Shown: positions 63,728 to 64,000 of the stretch, piece by piece
Numbering within the stretch: position 1 is the stretch's first letter
How the letters are laid out: the number at the start of each line of letters is the position of its first letter
Made by a program: the position numbers and the translations under genes
Notes under the pieces: model-generated
The model's database searches: none
Told to the model about the DNA's origin: nothing
What the model saw: the letters and a program-made list of their open reading frames with translations, nothing else
Assembly (NCBI RefSeq): GCF_009834535.1
Contig: NC_045697.1
Span: 69,008,001 to 69,072,000 of the forward strand
DNA: 64,000 nt
Origin: Camelus ferus
Lineage: Eukaryota
Reading direction: 5' to 3'

Positions 63728-64000
63728 TGTTACCGGGAAAAGGGAAATAAAAATTACCTCAGGTTCTTAGTCACCCGAAAAAAAAAAGAATTTTTAACGA
63801 GAAATAGAAAGTGTGATACAAGCATGATTTTTATTAGTTAAGTAAAAAGGCAGTAAAATATAGTACACTCCTGAGAATTGGGAGCGGGTCGATCCAAGAG
63901 AGGAAAAATGGCGCCGCTTCTTTGTTTCTCTGTCTTATATCCTGGCTTAGGGGCGTTTTTTTGTGATTGAGTGATTGATTGATGGCTCAGGTTCCTTGAA
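63728..64000 (-). mobile_element. Young ERV LTR (U5/R end), truncated by the window edge
   Basis: Starts TGTTACCGG; minus-strand AATAAA (~63830-63835) and TATA-like gatataag (~63934-63941); many intact CpGs. Confidence 0.75.

Overview
This is mammalian genomic DNA, AT-rich and repeat-dense, and very probably camelid: it carries a Vic-1-type tRNA-derived SINE and camelid-type L1 3' ends. The only protein-coding sequence I can support is the 5' end of STPG2 (sperm-tail PG-rich repeat containing 2) on the minus strand. Coding exon 1 is 6996-7104, coding exon 2 is 426-538, and the gene continues off the left edge. A GC/CpG-rich promoter lies at about 7.1-7.9 kb. The remaining ~56 kb is upstream non-coding DNA filled with L1, L2, MIR, MaLR/ERVL/ERV1 solo LTRs and hAT/Tigger fossils, many with readable target-site duplications (TSDs) and nested insertions. 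Almost all ORF-track entries are spurious or repeat-derived. I see no prokaryotic-type system, CRISPR array or RNA gene, and no clearly novel biological system. The main leads are (i) a splice acceptor just upstream of the STPG2 ATG with several candidate upstream donors, one next to an ERV1 LTR and an overlapping RFX/MYB site ~18.5 kb upstream, (ii) an L1 insertion with an apparent ~80-bp TSD, and (iii) a young CpG-rich solo LTR near the promoter. Repeat family names come from my recall of consensus sequences and need Dfam/RepeatMasker confirmation.
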